This document shows, in pieces, positions 38,655 to 52,900 of a stretch of DNA of 64,000 nucleotides (position 1 is its first letter; the number at the start of each line of letters is the position of its first letter). Source of the DNA: Lytechinus pictus (lineage: Eukaryota). A program made the position numbers and the translations under genes. Location: positions 31,002,001 through 31,066,000 of the forward strand of contig NC_087251.1 in the NCBI RefSeq assembly GCF_037042905.1. Reading direction: 5' to 3'. The notes under the pieces are model-generated. The model was given only the letters and a program-made list of their open reading frames with translations, ran no database searches and was not told the origin of the DNA.

Positions 38655-39152
38655 TACCTCGAGCGATGTTCGTGCAGGCTCCACTCCACTTCACTACCGC
38701 TACACTACGCTCCACCTACCTGAACATCGAGACGGTGAACCAGTTCGGATATACCGAGTCACAAAGGTGGGATGGAAATCATGTTTATCGTAAAATTTAA
38801 AGAAAAAAAATATAACGAGAAAAGATGAATAACTTTAAAATATCTTAATCTACAACCGTATTTCACTCCGTTTCTATCCTCCGGTTATCCTCAAAATTGG
38901 TGATTTTGGGCCAGTATCTTTTTCCTCACACGTATTATTCACCGCTGATTTCAAAACATTGCATGCGATCACGATCGGTCGCAGGTCAAAACGATATTTT
39001 TTTTCTTTAATTTTTACGATAAACATGATTTCCATCCCACCTTTGTGACTCGGTATATCCAAACTGGTTCACCGTCTCGATGTTCGGGTAGGTGGAGCGT
39101 AGTGTAGCGGTAGTGAAGTGGAGTGGAGTCTGCACGAACATCGCTCGAGGTA
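38655..39152. mobile_element. Foldback element with ~165-bp TIRs and near-perfect 9-bp TSD
   Basis: TACCTCGAGCGATGTTCGTGCAG mirrored at the right end. Flanks CTTGTGTGT / CTCGTGTGT. Confidence 0.88.
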
Positions 39153-42100
39153 CTCGTGTGTAAACATCTTCGTGCGCTAGCGAAAATCCATGGAATTCAT
39201 AATGCAAGCCTGTAGCTACATGTACATGCTTCATTATGCCTTGGGCGTGCCCTGCACATGTTTTTACAACCATACAACGAAACTTCAACAATTCAAGTTT
39301 CGAAAATGATCAATAAATTTTGACCCATTCGAACCCAACATTTATAAAATGAGAAAAGAATGTGGCGAAACGTGAAATGAGCTATCAGAATTTCTGAATT
39401 ATTGGGGCGGTTTCAAGGTCAGTTGCATTACACTTTTATGTGTTTATTCTAATACTTGGTGCTATTATTATGATCAATTATGATAACCCTTTGTATTTAT
39501 GAACTTCCATATGAGTTTAATAGAAAATTTTGGTCTAGATCTAAAATAGAGCCAATATAATTTTTTGGAAAATATCTGCTTGATTCAGAGATTTAAAAAG
39601 ACATAGCTATAAACAAAAATTATTTTCTTAAAAAGCTGAGACAGGTTTACTTGAATGGCTTCTTGTAACTTGGTTGCAATTGTAGTGTTTATAGATGAAG
39701 TTACATGTATCTTGTATTTTGTATTATTCCATGTAGGCACCAGCCAATGTGGAGAACCTCTCAACAGAATTTTCAATTCTTTTAGGTGATCCCCAGGCAT
39801 TGGCTGGTGCTCAATTTTACATTTCTTTTGTAATGTTTCTATTGCTGTCATGCTTTCTTGCCTGGAAATGAAATAAACAAATAAATAAATAAATAAAATT
39901 TTAGTTTGGGACATGCGATCACAATCAGAGACACTACAAGCCGAAGACTGGATACTTTGGCAAATCTGTATACACTAAACAAGTGTCCAGTCTTCTCGTA
40001 TTGGGTCTTGGTTATGTTGCTAGCAATAATTGTCATTAATTGTTTGAAGGAATTATTTTCATGGAATGTTTTTTTTTTTTTAATGAGTAAGCACATATAC
40101 ACTGTATGTGCTATGGCTGCCCTGTATCACTGTTTGTGCAAGGATTGTGAAGTATTGTGTATGATGAAGATGCAGAGTATTCATAATAAACTTTTGTTGT
40201 TGTTTTGATCTCATACTACTGTACCAGGGTAATGCAAAGTGCAAATGTTGAAAATACAGAAGATGATGGTGTGAATCAAACTGATTATGATGTAACATAA
40301 TAATATTTTACTGTAACAGTATAGCCTTTAACAATGATAATAATAATAAAAGTAATAATAATAAAGATAATGATTATAATAAAATACACCCCCCCCCAAA
40401 AAAAAAATGAACAAACCAAAGGAGAAATACAAAAGCAATGATTTTTAGTGCTTTTATATCCTGTCTTAAGTTTGGTAAATCCCCCCCCCCAAAAAAAAAA
40501 AAAATAGATGCACCTTTCATTATTCCAATTCATAACTTCATGTAGCTACTGTGAATATGCCCTAAAAGAGTTATGATGTGGCGGATATGAAATGAAAATG
40601 CCTTTATATTTAGGATAAATTTTGCAATTTTATATGAAATTCTGATTTGATTTGGTGCCCTATCAAAGTAAAATATTTGTGTTTTTGTTTTTATTTCTAT
40701 ATAAAATGTATTCTTAGGCATGGAATAGGCTGAAACTTTCAGGATATATATATTGTATTTTTTGTCTCTATCTTTCGAATATCCAATCGCTATTAAAATT
40801 TATCAGATACATGTAAGTACATGTAAGTGCTAGAGTGCATGAGATTGTTACCGCAATGGGCATTCAATTTTTTCTAGATGAAAGCTTTGAAGACAAAAAA
40901 ATAAAGGAAGTGGATATGTTCAAAGAAAGAAGAGTGGAAAATGTGAGGGGTCTATGTGAAATGAAGATTCCCATTTTAGATAAGATGTGAAAAATAAAAT
41001 ATATGAAAATTCAGTCCTTTAATAGGAGTGACTGTTTGAAATTCAAAATGAATAGTGGGATGGATTTATTTGAATACTGCAAAAAAGTAATTTTACTGTA
41101 GGCAATTCCACATGATAAAAAACGATCACCTTATTTTATGTTAATAGTACCAACAATTCAATTTATAGCCTTGATACCCAAATCTTTGGATTAAACTAAA
41201 AAATATACTGTACAAACTGGAATTTTGCCATGGTGATGATTGTCAGTGTTTTTATGTACATTTTGTTCAATCTTTTAATACGGTATTGCTCTGTGAAAAT
41301 ATCTTTATGTTCTGGTAGGTCCATTTGTCCATTACCATGGATACATACATGTACAACAATGTCATGAATGTAAGAATTAAACGTTAGAATCTAAGAATGG
41401 GGTGAAATACAAGACATATTTTACTCACATTCCATGATGAAATTGAAAGCAAGAGACGAAACAGGCACAGGATCCCTATTATGTTGATAAAGGAATTAGG
41501 TTGCTCATTTAAGATTGTCCATATAACTCCCTGATAATGTTGTATTGTATGAGATATTTTGATACATCAAGTTGGTTATCAGGGTTTGCAATAAAGTATC
41601 CCTCTATTATACATGTATGTCTTCTAATGTAATATTTTGGCAATTTTGTATGGAGTATTATGTTCTTTTGTGTGTTTTTTTCAATGGGTGTTATTCTGTA
41701 TTTGAAATGACATGGATCCCCTGCAGGGCAGGTGAACTAGATACGCACACTACTCGCCTTACAATGTCAACATCATTATCACGATGGACTGACATTTTGC
41801 AGTATCACAGTGTCATTTATTATGCAATGTAAAGCACACCTTGCCTTCAAGAGCATACACATGTAACTCCAAGATTTAAAATAGCGCCTGGAAGAAAAAC
41901 ATAGGAGATTGACAGAAAAGGGTTAATATAAAAAAGGATGGTCTTAATAAAAAAACAGTATGATATCTACTCTTAACTCCCTGATATAGATGAGAAAGAA
42001 ACCTACACTACGTTTACATAAAGTAGCATTGATGTGAATTTTATTCTTGTATTTTTATTCTTTCTGAGTGATTTTCAAAGAAAATTGTATCCTTTCATTT

Positions 42101-43107
42101 TTTTCTGACTTTCATTGACTTTTGCTTGCTATTTATAACAACCAAAGTTTTAATATTTTGATAATTATAATACTCAGTTATGGTAAAATTTAGGATGAAA
42201 TTGTGGGATGGCCTTGAATTATGGTTTACTTGATGCATACATGTAATGTATAATGAGGAGATTGAGAAAAACTTAAAGTGAATGTTGTGAGTCATTGACA
42301 TTGGTTGTGTTTCTGTTATTTTTCAATATTCAGTATTATTTCTAATACACACAAGTACTTGTAGCCGGTATTTGGGACATGCACTATGTGTACATATCAC
42401 CTGCACCCACTGTAAAATTGTCGGCACTGGGCTACTTCAAACAAGAAGCAAATTGGCAGTAATGGAGTCTGGGCATTCATTCCCATGATATCCTGTCATC
42501 AGCGTTAACCTGACTCCTGTATAATTTTCTGCCTTCATTACATACATGTAGTTGACATTTACCAAGCCTGGAGGGAGAGAAAAAAATAAAACAACCCCTA
42601 ACCTGTATTGTATGTCATTACACTTTTAAAATAAAATGGTCCACTCCACATTACATGGTAAAGTGGCTAGGTTGTGATGGTAGTTTAAATCTGTTTAGTG
42701 CTGCTGATGCTGTAGATATATCTGTTGAATTGTAATTATGATAATTGCTGCCCCCTTGGAAGCTCACCTGTGCAGGTGTATGATCCATCTAATAGGTCAG
42801 TGGGACAGTGACCGAAAGACAAGAACTCATTAAATTACATGTACTTTCTTCTTTTACATGTAGGTACTGTAACTTCAAAATGGCAACAACAACAAAATTA
42901 AAAAAGAAAAAAAGAGGGAGGAGAAAAAACAACAAAACCTGTGGAGAGTCATGATGCTGTGTGTATTTTTTTTTGGGGGGGATGGGAAGTAAATTTCTTT
43001 AAATCTACATTCTTCATGGCAAACATATGTGCAATTGTGCGTGTACATGTTACTGTTCGATTGAAGAGAAGTGAATGATTAGGGGCCTAGATATTCATTG
43101 TAATCAC

Positions 43108-43637
43108 CCGGGGGGGGGGGGGGGGGGCACTCAGTATATAATGCATAGTGGGTATGTGCCGCGGAGGGGACCCAATTATTACACTCAAATTTCCGTTCCA
43201 AGGCACAGCATTTTTGTCTTATTGAGAAAAAGAACAAAGAAAGCCGCTCCAAAGCATAAGATTTTCTTCTTATCGTGAAAAAAGAAGAAAGAAATCCGCT
43301 CCAAAGCTTCGCATATTTTCCGTTACGCCGTTCCAGTCGCATTTATCTCCTACAATGAGCCGCAATTTTGGTGAAAAGTGGTCGCAGAGCGCTGTCCGAC
43401 TATCGTCTCTGCGCTAGCGCACCCGGATGCCCGTTCCATAGGGATGCATACGCACTCACATGCAGGCGACCCGTTCCAAGGACCCCCGTTTTCACAAACA
43501 TTTGTAGCTCTGAAGCCCGTTCCGAGGACCCTCCTTTTTACAATAAGCCCGCTCCAAGGCCCCCGTTTTTGGCCTTGCCCGCGGCACATACCTACTACTT
43601 TTTTTGGTCGAGTGCCCCCCCCCCCCCCCCCCCCCGG
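43108..43637. mobile_element. Non-autonomous DNA element with poly-G/poly-C TIRs and 8-bp TSD
   Basis: GTAATCAC|CCG(n)CACTC ... GAGTGC(n)GG|GTAATCAC. Internal ccgttcca/ccgctcca subrepeats. A related degraded copy lies at ~54830-55247. Confidence 0.85.
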
Positions 43638-44294
43638 GTAATCACACTGTTTATATAAAATTGTAGGCTCTGAAAATTTGGTTTGAATTGAAAACAGGAA
43701 TTTTAGGGATTTCCCCATGTTTAGGCCTTTCAGGAGGAAGTTTATCTTTTTGATATATCCCCTTCTAGAAATCAAAGGTCTGTGTATGCACAAATATGAA
43801 TAGAGCTACAAATGTTATGAGAAGTGCAATGGCTCAAAGCAAAATCTGAATTATACAAATTAGTACTGACTGATATAACCACCGTGATTGTTTAAAATTT
43901 TGTTTGTAGGCCTATTCTAATGTCTGAAATACAGGTATTATCTTTCTTGGAATACTCAATAGAAATTAACAGTGTTGTCAGAGAAATTATGTTTTAATGT
44001 AAGTACTTACTTCATTATGTAAAATTATGATCATCCATTTTGGGCATGCCAACTACATCATGTATGTCAAGAAAAGCGAAGGAAATAACCAATTGCATTG
44101 GACAGGTGTGGCTTTTGTTGAATAGTCCTACCACCCATGGTTTAACATGGAATTCATCATGTCTCTCATTTATAAAGCTCAACTTTGATTATGAATGAAT
44201 ATTGTTTTAGACAGAGAGTTTAAGGCTATGCAGGGAGCCCCTGACGCCCCTAAGACTCTCAGTTTAATGTGCATTAAATGTATTTACACAAAAT

Positions 44295-44711
44295 AGGCGG
44301 TGCTGCACCAGCCTGAGTTTGCTCAATCTCGAGATTTTAGCCCGATCAGCCCTCTTCACGATTAATCTCGAGATTCAAGAAACCCCATCTCCACCAGCGC
44401 AAGAAGAGCAATTTGTGCTCGAGCGGGGCATGAATGCATTATGGTCTGATGCTGTGAATAAATAATAACGAGTCAAATCTCGGGTGCGTCTGCACCTGGG
44501 AATTAGCGGGATAATTCATAAATAGGGCACTATTTTGCAAATAATCCCAAGTTGACTTTAATAGGATTGCAAGCTCGAGATTAATCCAGCGAACTATTGC
44601 GATGATTACGTCTCAATTACAAATAATCTTGAGATTGTTCAGATTGGGATAATTTGCCGGATCAGAAACAGCACTATTATTTTTGAAAACTCGGGCTGGT
44701 GCTGATAGGCC
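44295..44711. mobile_element. MITE
   Basis: GCACCAGCCTGAGTTT / AAACTCGGGCTGGTGC inverted termini and internal atctcgagat subrepeats. Confidence 0.6.
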
Positions 44712-44854
44712 TCATGTGAAACCGAGGAAAATACAAGGGTTGTGCAAAATTAGGCTTGATTTTAAAAGCTCCGGATTTCTCAGGGAATTCTTTGAATTAA
44801 TACCTTTTTTGTACCATGTCTCACCTTTTTACTTTCCCTCTCCGTAACATGGCA

Positions 44855-45054
44855 AAGGAGAAGTTCACCCTGACTATATTATATTCATGATAATATATTT
44901 GGGGGAGCTGCTCGCATATGACATCACACATTTAAAAATCTGTAACTTTCTTATTCTCTGATGGATTCTCATCAAACCTTTACCAATTTTTTCTCTATTT
45001 TTTCTGCCTTTATTTGAAATCAACAAATATAGACAGGGTAAACTTCCCCTTTAA
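44855..45054. mobile_element. Internally deleted copy of the 26006-26431 TTAA MITE family
   Basis: aaaggagaagttcaccctg ... cagggtaaacttcccctttaa. Confidence 0.65.
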
Positions 45055-48000
45055 AGAAACATTCATTCTTCCTCTCTGGAGTCGACAAACTTGTGATGTT
45101 GGAATAGGAAGTGCATGAAAGTCACCGTTCCACTTTGAACTTGTGACTGCTCGTCCTATATTTATTTTCTTATCACCATTTGTACAAGATGTCTTCTCAA
45201 GATTGTACAATACAGGTTAAGAGCTAATCAAGATAAGTGATATTACCTCACGCTTCTGTGATTCGTTATTACCTGCCTGGTTTAGATATGAAATCTTAAC
45301 CAGTTGAAGTGTTGAACCATTGAAGTTCATGGCTCAACTTGGGCTGACATTTTGTGTGTTTATGTAATACATGCACCACTAAAGTGCTCTTCATCATGAG
45401 ATTCTTGTGAGTTTACTAAATTCATTTCCTATAGCACACACTGTGAGGGAGAACTAAAAAATTAAGAAAGTATATATACATGTATTTATTTCACCAAACA
45501 ATGAATTCCAAGCGCAGTGAAGAATAAGGATTTTAGATAATAATCACTAGAGCAATCAGAGAGATCCCAGGAAAATTGTAGTGTTTAAATGATATTTGTA
45601 ATCACTTTGAGAGAGAAACACTGATGAATGCATATATGTACATTGTAGACTATACTTGTAGACACAATTCATTAGAGGTACAAAATGTTCAGAAAGCAGG
45701 GGGTTTTTTTGGGGGGGTTGATATAAATTCAAGGGAACAGGTATTATAGAGCACAAGTTAAACTTCCCTCATGTAACCACCTTCAGGGTCCCTAAGGCTT
45801 AACACAATCGAATATTAAATCGTACCGAATATTAAATCGTACGCTTGATTTTTACGATTGATCGTACATTGTAGTCAATGGAATCAATTGTAGAAAAATG
45901 TTCTACGATCATTGCTAAGCTTTGTGTTACAGGCCCCAGGTCATGCTCTTGTAATAAGCCATCAATTGCATATGGAATATATCTGCCGTCAGGAAATAAA
46001 AGCAATATTAGACTTATTCCAGGTTTAATAAATTCTTGACCTCAGAATTCCATTCCAAGCTTCAGCATATTTGACCTTTTGACCTTTCTATGCAAGGTCA
46101 AGTTATCTTGGCCAAGCTACAGGTTGTTTATAATTGTATGGATGGGGCATTTGACTTATTGCTTCTTTTTTTACATTTGAAACCCGCTTGTTTTTTTTTC
46201 AAAGATTAAGTAACCATGTGGTTCATTTAGTTTGATTTTGATCTCTTGTGAAGAGCTACAATCTAGGTTCACGTTAAACAGTGCATGAAGCTTAAATTTA
46301 GGGCATCCAATAAACGTGTGAAGAAAGAGAGGACATTGTTTAATGGAGAAATGGATGGAAAGATCAAGCTATCCCATGAGCTCATTGGTTTGAAGCCGGT
46401 GAAAGTAAGGGGCAGGGATCACGATGCATGTTTATTGTTGGGGGCATTCACGTGAGCGGGCGCATTGGTTGTAGATGAGAGAGAAATTGGATGGGGGATT
46501 TGAGATTCTGTTTCATTAGTGGGGAGCAGAGGAATGACAGGATAGTATTGAGCTTTGTTGAATGATTTTAAATTGGTTCTTGTGTACATGTATATGGGTC
46601 CTTCATGGATGCACAATCTGAAGGTTAGTTGTTACAAGAATTGTTTATCACATGGGATACTTGACTTACTGTGAGGTCACTGTACTCTGGTATGTTACAC
46701 ATTAAAGAGATTTTGGTATTCATATAGGCCTATTGTACAAGTATACCGGTACGTTATGTAGACTACCTGTACTCTTGAGAAGTAGAGATAACATGTTGAA
46801 GTATGTTTGAATATATTTTTATGTTGTGTGTTTATGTGAACTATTTTTTAATACAACTTTATTAAGATCAAAGCACAATTGGTATAGGTAGTATTAAAGT
46901 GAGTACACGTGTATTTCAGACTCTGAATAATAGTTGTTAGACATCCTCGAAGGTTAACAAAACACCAGCACCAGTTGAATAAACACAATTTTAGCCGGAG
47001 AAATACGATTGTCAAAGATGTTAAGTTCTAACCATGGTTGAGATCCATCATTGTTTCATCGATATTCAAAAAAATCTTTCAAACTGCAGATTTAAAACCC
47101 TGAAAAGGATGTAGTATCTGTGTTTAGTAGTGTATTATGATTTTGATTCATGTTTCAGATTTTAGCCTAAAATTAAATTTGATTTAATGCGCCCTAAAAT
47201 AATGTGTATACATGTACATGTAGACCTATAGTACATGTACCTGAATAATGGATGTCATATCCATATTCACACTTGATGAGTAAATTTTACCTCAATGGCA
47301 TTCATCTCGATATCTTGCAGGCAATGTAATTGGCAAATTGCTTTATTTTCTTTAATGGTACTAATTGGAAGAAGCAGTGCTTAGTTTTTTTTGCAGGCTT
47401 GTCAGGTATCAGAAGCTCTAATTATCTAATTAATGAGTTAGTAGTAATCTTTAATTCACAGAAGCATAATAGTGATCTCTGACAAGTCAATAAGTGTATT
47501 AATGATCTCTGACAAGCAATTAATGCAGATGTGGTTTGAATCATTTCATGAATAAAACAAGTTTTCAAAGACAGTTAAAGCCAGAGGTTGATTTATTCTG
47601 AAGAAAAAATTGAAAAAGCAGTTTTGACTCCAGTCAGTTGACACTGTTATTATAATTTAGCATTTAGGTTTAAATGTAGATCTTTATCATCTTGAAAAAT
47701 GTAAATTTATCAATTTCAGTCTTGAGTTGCTGTTTCTTTAATTTTGTATGCTGTCAAGTGACAATGCAAACCATTACTTGTAATTGAATCAAATATTTCA
47801 TCAAATACAAGCTATTTATAATACACAAGCTGTATATGTATTTCCCCCCTCTTGACTTAAGTTGCCCGTGCTGTTTCATCTTTGTTTCATCATTATCGTC
47901 ATCGTGGAATTAAAATTACAATTACATCAACCCAACATTTAAGTTCAGAATTTCATTAAAATGATTACATTATGTATACATCTGGAAACCTGTTGCATCA

Positions 48001-48528
48001 TACTTCTGTATGAATTTTATTATTGACATGAGTTGCTCTCATGAAATATTAACATGATTTACACTCATGAACCATTTTGACGTACCTTGTACCTATCAGA
48101 GTGATGAAAGCATGATAGCCTGGAAGATGCATATTTGCCCAACTTAAATGCCTACAGAAATGAACGTGAGGTCATGCATGTGCATACATTCAAGGTCTTA
48201 CAATCGATAACATACATGTATGTGGCCATGGAAACATATCTTATACGTGAATGAACATGGTAATCAATTCAGACAAAACACTCACTGTTATCGACTAATG
48301 TATGTACTCTATACTCAGGAATGTTCATATTATACTACAATGTATATTAAAGAGAAAGCCAACCGTTTGTTGTACATTATTATGCAGAAAAAAATATGTG
48401 GAGGATTAGGAGAATGGTGTACATGTATATTGAATTATTTAATTGTAGAAGAAGATCAACTTCAATAAAAAAAAAATCACTATTTTGCTTTTAATACATT
48501 GAATATTTTCATCTTTTCTAATATGCAG

Positions 48529-48649
48529 GATAGTTTCACTGTGGTTTCAGAGAGAAAAAAGCAATTTCCTGCCGATATTACATGTACCAGATCATAAGCT
48601 CATCATCGAAGAATGGAGCAGAATGTTGATGTATACATAAAGTATACAG
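48529..48649 (+). other. Candidate non-coding 5'-UTR exon of BTBD7
   Basis: Pyrimidine tract, ctaat branch-like motif and tgcag acceptor, then a consensus CAG|gtaagt donor 121 nt later. No recognisable protein. Confidence 0.45.
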
Positions 48650-48739
48650 GTAAGTGTTTCTATCCATTGTGTATATTTTTAATACTCATTGTTTTTTCCC
48701 TGATGTTGTTTGTTCCCCCTGGGATCAGCACCCCCCCCC

Positions 48740-48895
48740 CCCCCGTTTCATAAAGGACTGTTGTAACTTTGCCATTATGGCAACTACCATGGAAACCTTG
48801 ATTATGATTGGCTGTTGAGCCCTGTTACCATGGTACATGTAGTTGCCATAATGTCAAAGTTACAACAGTTGCAAGTTCTTTATGAAACGGGCCCC
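48740..48895. mobile_element. Harbinger-like MITE
   Basis: cccgtttcataaag...ctgttgtaactttgccattatggcaactaccatgg mirrored by ccatgg(tacatg)tagttgccataatgtcaaagttacaacag...ctttatgaaacggg. Confidence 0.75.
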
Positions 48896-49879
48896 AGACC
48901 TTTTCATGGTTTAAATCTGCAAATGACACATCATGTACTGATATCCCACATTAAATTGATGTGCTTCGGATCAACATTCCTATTGTTTTTACAGGTATAT
49001 TGCAGCTATTAATATTGTTTCAGCTACATGTACTATGGTACATGTAGTAGAGTGTAGGACTTTTTATATAAAAACACATAAATCATGCATCCATCCTTTT
49101 CTTATTGTATTGTGGACATGGATTGTCTCTAGTATAAATAAAAAATTATTGAATACCATTTATTGAATAAATTCGGGCAAAAAATGTAATCATTGGGGGT
49201 TCATGTTGAGTTGAATGTCCTATTTTCCCCCACTGATCTATTACTATCTATGCCATTAAATAAAAAAAATCCTATTTTCCGACAAAACATTTGTGCCCTG
49301 TACCATAATGCTAAGCAATTGATTGCAGAGCTGATTCTTACAATTGACAATACCTATTAATCAATACAATTAATTGTAGAAATTAGTGTCACAATTAATT
49401 TCTAAGCTTTATGTTACGAGGTCATGCACTTCATTTAGCAGTAGCCAGTAATGTTACATGTATGTATGAGAATGTTGGTGTGCAGGCAACCATAAGGAAT
49501 GGAAGCTTGCACACAGGTAAATCAGGGCTGAAATTGGCTGGAAATGGTTATCGCATGGCAGACGAAGCGTGGTTCCACTCACGAGACCTGCAACTGACTG
49601 CAAGGCATATGGGAGACAATATTTATGATTTATGTGCCAGATAAGTCTGCAGTTTTATCTGCAAATCTGGAAGAATGAAAAGTATTTCCATATTGCACAA
49701 ATGTTGTTTTTCGATTTCAGACAGGAACTATGGTGGCTTAGGTTGCATTCAAGTGATTTTTATGGGCTAGAGTCATAAACATGCTGAATCAATAATCAGA
49801 CAGTGATGAATATAACATTGATAACTCTGATTATAATGATAAAACTGATAAATTATAGGCCCAATACTAAGTAATGAAA

Positions 49880-49960
49880 AATAAAATAATAATAATAACA
49901 ATAACAATAATAATAATAATAATAATAATAATATAACAATAATAATAGTGATAATAATCT
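49880..49960. repeat. (AAT/AAC)n microsatellite
   Basis: aataataat run. Confidence 0.9.
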
Positions 49961-52900
49961 GTATGATGATGAATATGGTGATCATAGTCATCAATACTAG
50001 TGATCTTGATGTTGATGATGTAAATTGAGCTTTTTTTATTTGATGTTGATTGTATTTTTATGTAAATGATTGTAAAGGGTTATGCAATTCGGCTTTTCAG
50101 CCGCTATAAATACCCTTGTTGAAATAAACCGTTTTAAATAAATAAATCAATAAATAAATACTGACAATAATCACAATAATACCAACCCATGTTAGTCAAA
50201 ATGTCTGATTGACTTTATTAATTATTCAATCTTGGTGAAGAAGCAATTCATTAAAGACGGTAATGTACCTGTGAATGATGGTCATTAAAAGGACATTAGT
50301 CATTAGGCTTCATTTGTTTTGAAGGTAAATTCAATTGTATAGTCACACATTTCTAATAGCTTGATTGTAATTCCTAAAAATGTCTTTGGGTGCGTTTAGG
50401 CTTCACTGATTGAATGAGAGTAGTGATGGGTTATATTGGTTTCTGGTGCAAAGCTTGTGTTACAATAGGGAGGCTATGACTCACCCACAGGCTTGGAAAA
50501 CCCTTTACTAATTAAGTTCCCGCAAAATTTCAACATTGTGGAGTAGCAGAGAGTGTCCATTTTGGCAGATTATGCAGCAAGATTTTATAGTCTGAGAAAT
50601 CAAAATGAAAAAGAGGGAAGAGCCAAAGGAAAAAAAAGTGAATTACTTTGAAATAGATTTTCTCTATACATGTACATGTAGGATTGTAGAACAAAAAAGA
50701 GGCAAATGTTAGTTTGTTGTGCATATTACAGTTTACAGTGATTTTACATTTTAATTTGATGACCAGTTATTGGATATTTAAAAAAAGTAGTGAAATTATT
50801 GGTAATTGTTGAATTTTTATAACACTATAAAGAGTGTATTATTAAAATTTAACACATTTATTACAGAATGTTTTATTTATTCATTTTATTTTCTCAAGCC
50901 AACCTAAACCATTTTTCCCCCTTTTTTTTATTATATTTTTCATAGAATCATACATGTAGGTCTTTCTTACTCCCAATTTGTTGTTTTAACCTGATACCCA
51001 AAGTTAGCTCTGATACTTAACCCACTGGAGACTGGCTGACATACATGTAATGTATAACATGCAGTCTCCATACACTCAACCCCTCATATATATTTTGTGC
51101 TCAATATTCAACGGGTTAATTCATTTACGTTATCCATCCAGATTGTCATCAGATACATGTAGATTGGCAGTAGAGATTCTGTATTAACAGGGAAGGAAAA
51201 TTAGGATTTTTTTCTTTTTATCAAGGCATGCATCATCAATTCATTCATTCAAATGAAGTGTAATGTGACAGATAAAAGGATGACTCACAGTTTAACCAAG
51301 CCAGCCCACAAATTAGTATGCAAATGCAAGCAGGCAACTCACATACATTCTGGTCGACTGAAATTGGGAGAAAGACCTTTTTGATGAAATCACAGACAAC
51401 CAACATACTGCGGATATTCCGGTTTTCTTTACAAATCATTTTATGACAGAACTTTCATTTTGTTCCATATTCTTTGTATTAAAAAACACACTAGTCAGGT
51501 AAATGAAAAAAACACATACACAGAGCAGCACTGAAGAATATACAGTTAATCTTGATATTGGTAGAGAAGTAGGCAATATTCCCTCCAACCTTAATATTGA
51601 AGTTTGGTTGTTTTTCTTTTATCAAGTGAAACATTTTTTTTTTACATTTTGCTTTCTGAAGGGCTAGTAGAAATGAGTGAAGTTGTACTAATACATGTAT
51701 TTTTTTTCTTTCATGTATACTTAAAATTCATCTTCATTACACATGCCCACATTTAATGATAAGAATAATACATAAAGCTTTATAATATGTTTTTTTTTTG
51801 TTAACACACTTCAGGCTACATACATGTAAAGCACTAACTATAATTTTGAATATTCTCTTCTAACTTTACAAGTGTGTACTCATCTAAAACAAAAGGAAAT
51901 CTATAGGGCCTATACGTTTCTCAGCTCTTTAATAGACATGCCTTAAAAAAAAAACCAGGTTGGTGTGCATGTGTTGACCAAAATATAGATGCATCTAAAA
52001 ATCTAGGCCTATGGAAAAAAATGATAGTATTGTATGTCACACGAAACAAACTTAATATTAATAAAGGGAAACTAGAATCTATAGAGATTGCTATGAAGAA
52101 ATAAATATTAAACAAATAACAAATTTAAGATATAGAATTTTTTTCTCTCACAAGTATTTCTGCACATGTAACATAATATTGTAATAGTGCAAGGATAGGG
52201 AAACATTAGCCGTCTGGAGTTCATTCAATGCTACAGATAAATGTATAAACACATTAGAGTGTAATTTAACCTTTACAACCTTAAAATGGGCCAATGTCAC
52301 TCTTCAATAAACGCCTCTTCATCCCGGAAATGGGCTTAATATATTGAGACAAGGAATACCACGCTATAAAAAGATTTCACATTGACGCATCCATACATTT
52401 TCTAATGATCATACCCACTGCCTTTCATAATTCATGAAGAACAGTCATAGCATAATCTGAACAGCTTTTAAGTTGCTATGGCGATCGTGCAACAGGTGTA
52501 TTTGAAAGTGTGAAACTCATGACCTGCCTCTCATTCGCATACCGTAATTTAAAGTGTAGTAGTATTGCTGAATGCATTTGAGAAAATTGAGTGGATTGAG
52601 CCAAATTATTAACATTGATTATTCACTCATGTAGATGAGAAGTTTCTCTACTGATTCATGTTATATTCTCATGTTTTTAGTTTAATGAATAGGCTTATAA
52701 TTTTCAAGTCCTCTGTGATGCAAAATCTTCATTGGTATCAGATTAAATGTTTTCAGTTCAACCTCAAAGTTCAGTTTTAATTCTGATTAAAAAGCAGCAA
52801 AATTAACCATGAATCTATCACATTGTACGTATAAAGTGGAGTTTAATTTTTCAATGAACAATGAAAATGAAATTGTAAGAAAAAAATCATTGCCTTGCTG

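Noticed and set aside
38588..39291. Two near-identical ORFs on opposite strands (PRAMFVQ...DGNHVYRK)
   Set aside because: They are the two TIR arms of the 38655-39152 element.
37835..39560. Larger element enclosing the 38655 foldback
   Set aside because: Only loose inverted similarity between the putative ends and no TSD could be defined.
43350..43793. 147-aa ORF with a poly-Gly run
   Set aside because: Runs through a non-autonomous element and its poly-C TIR, with no domain.
49773..49994. Hydrophobic Leu/Ile-rich ORF resembling a membrane peptide
   Set aside because: Translation of an (AAT)n microsatellite.
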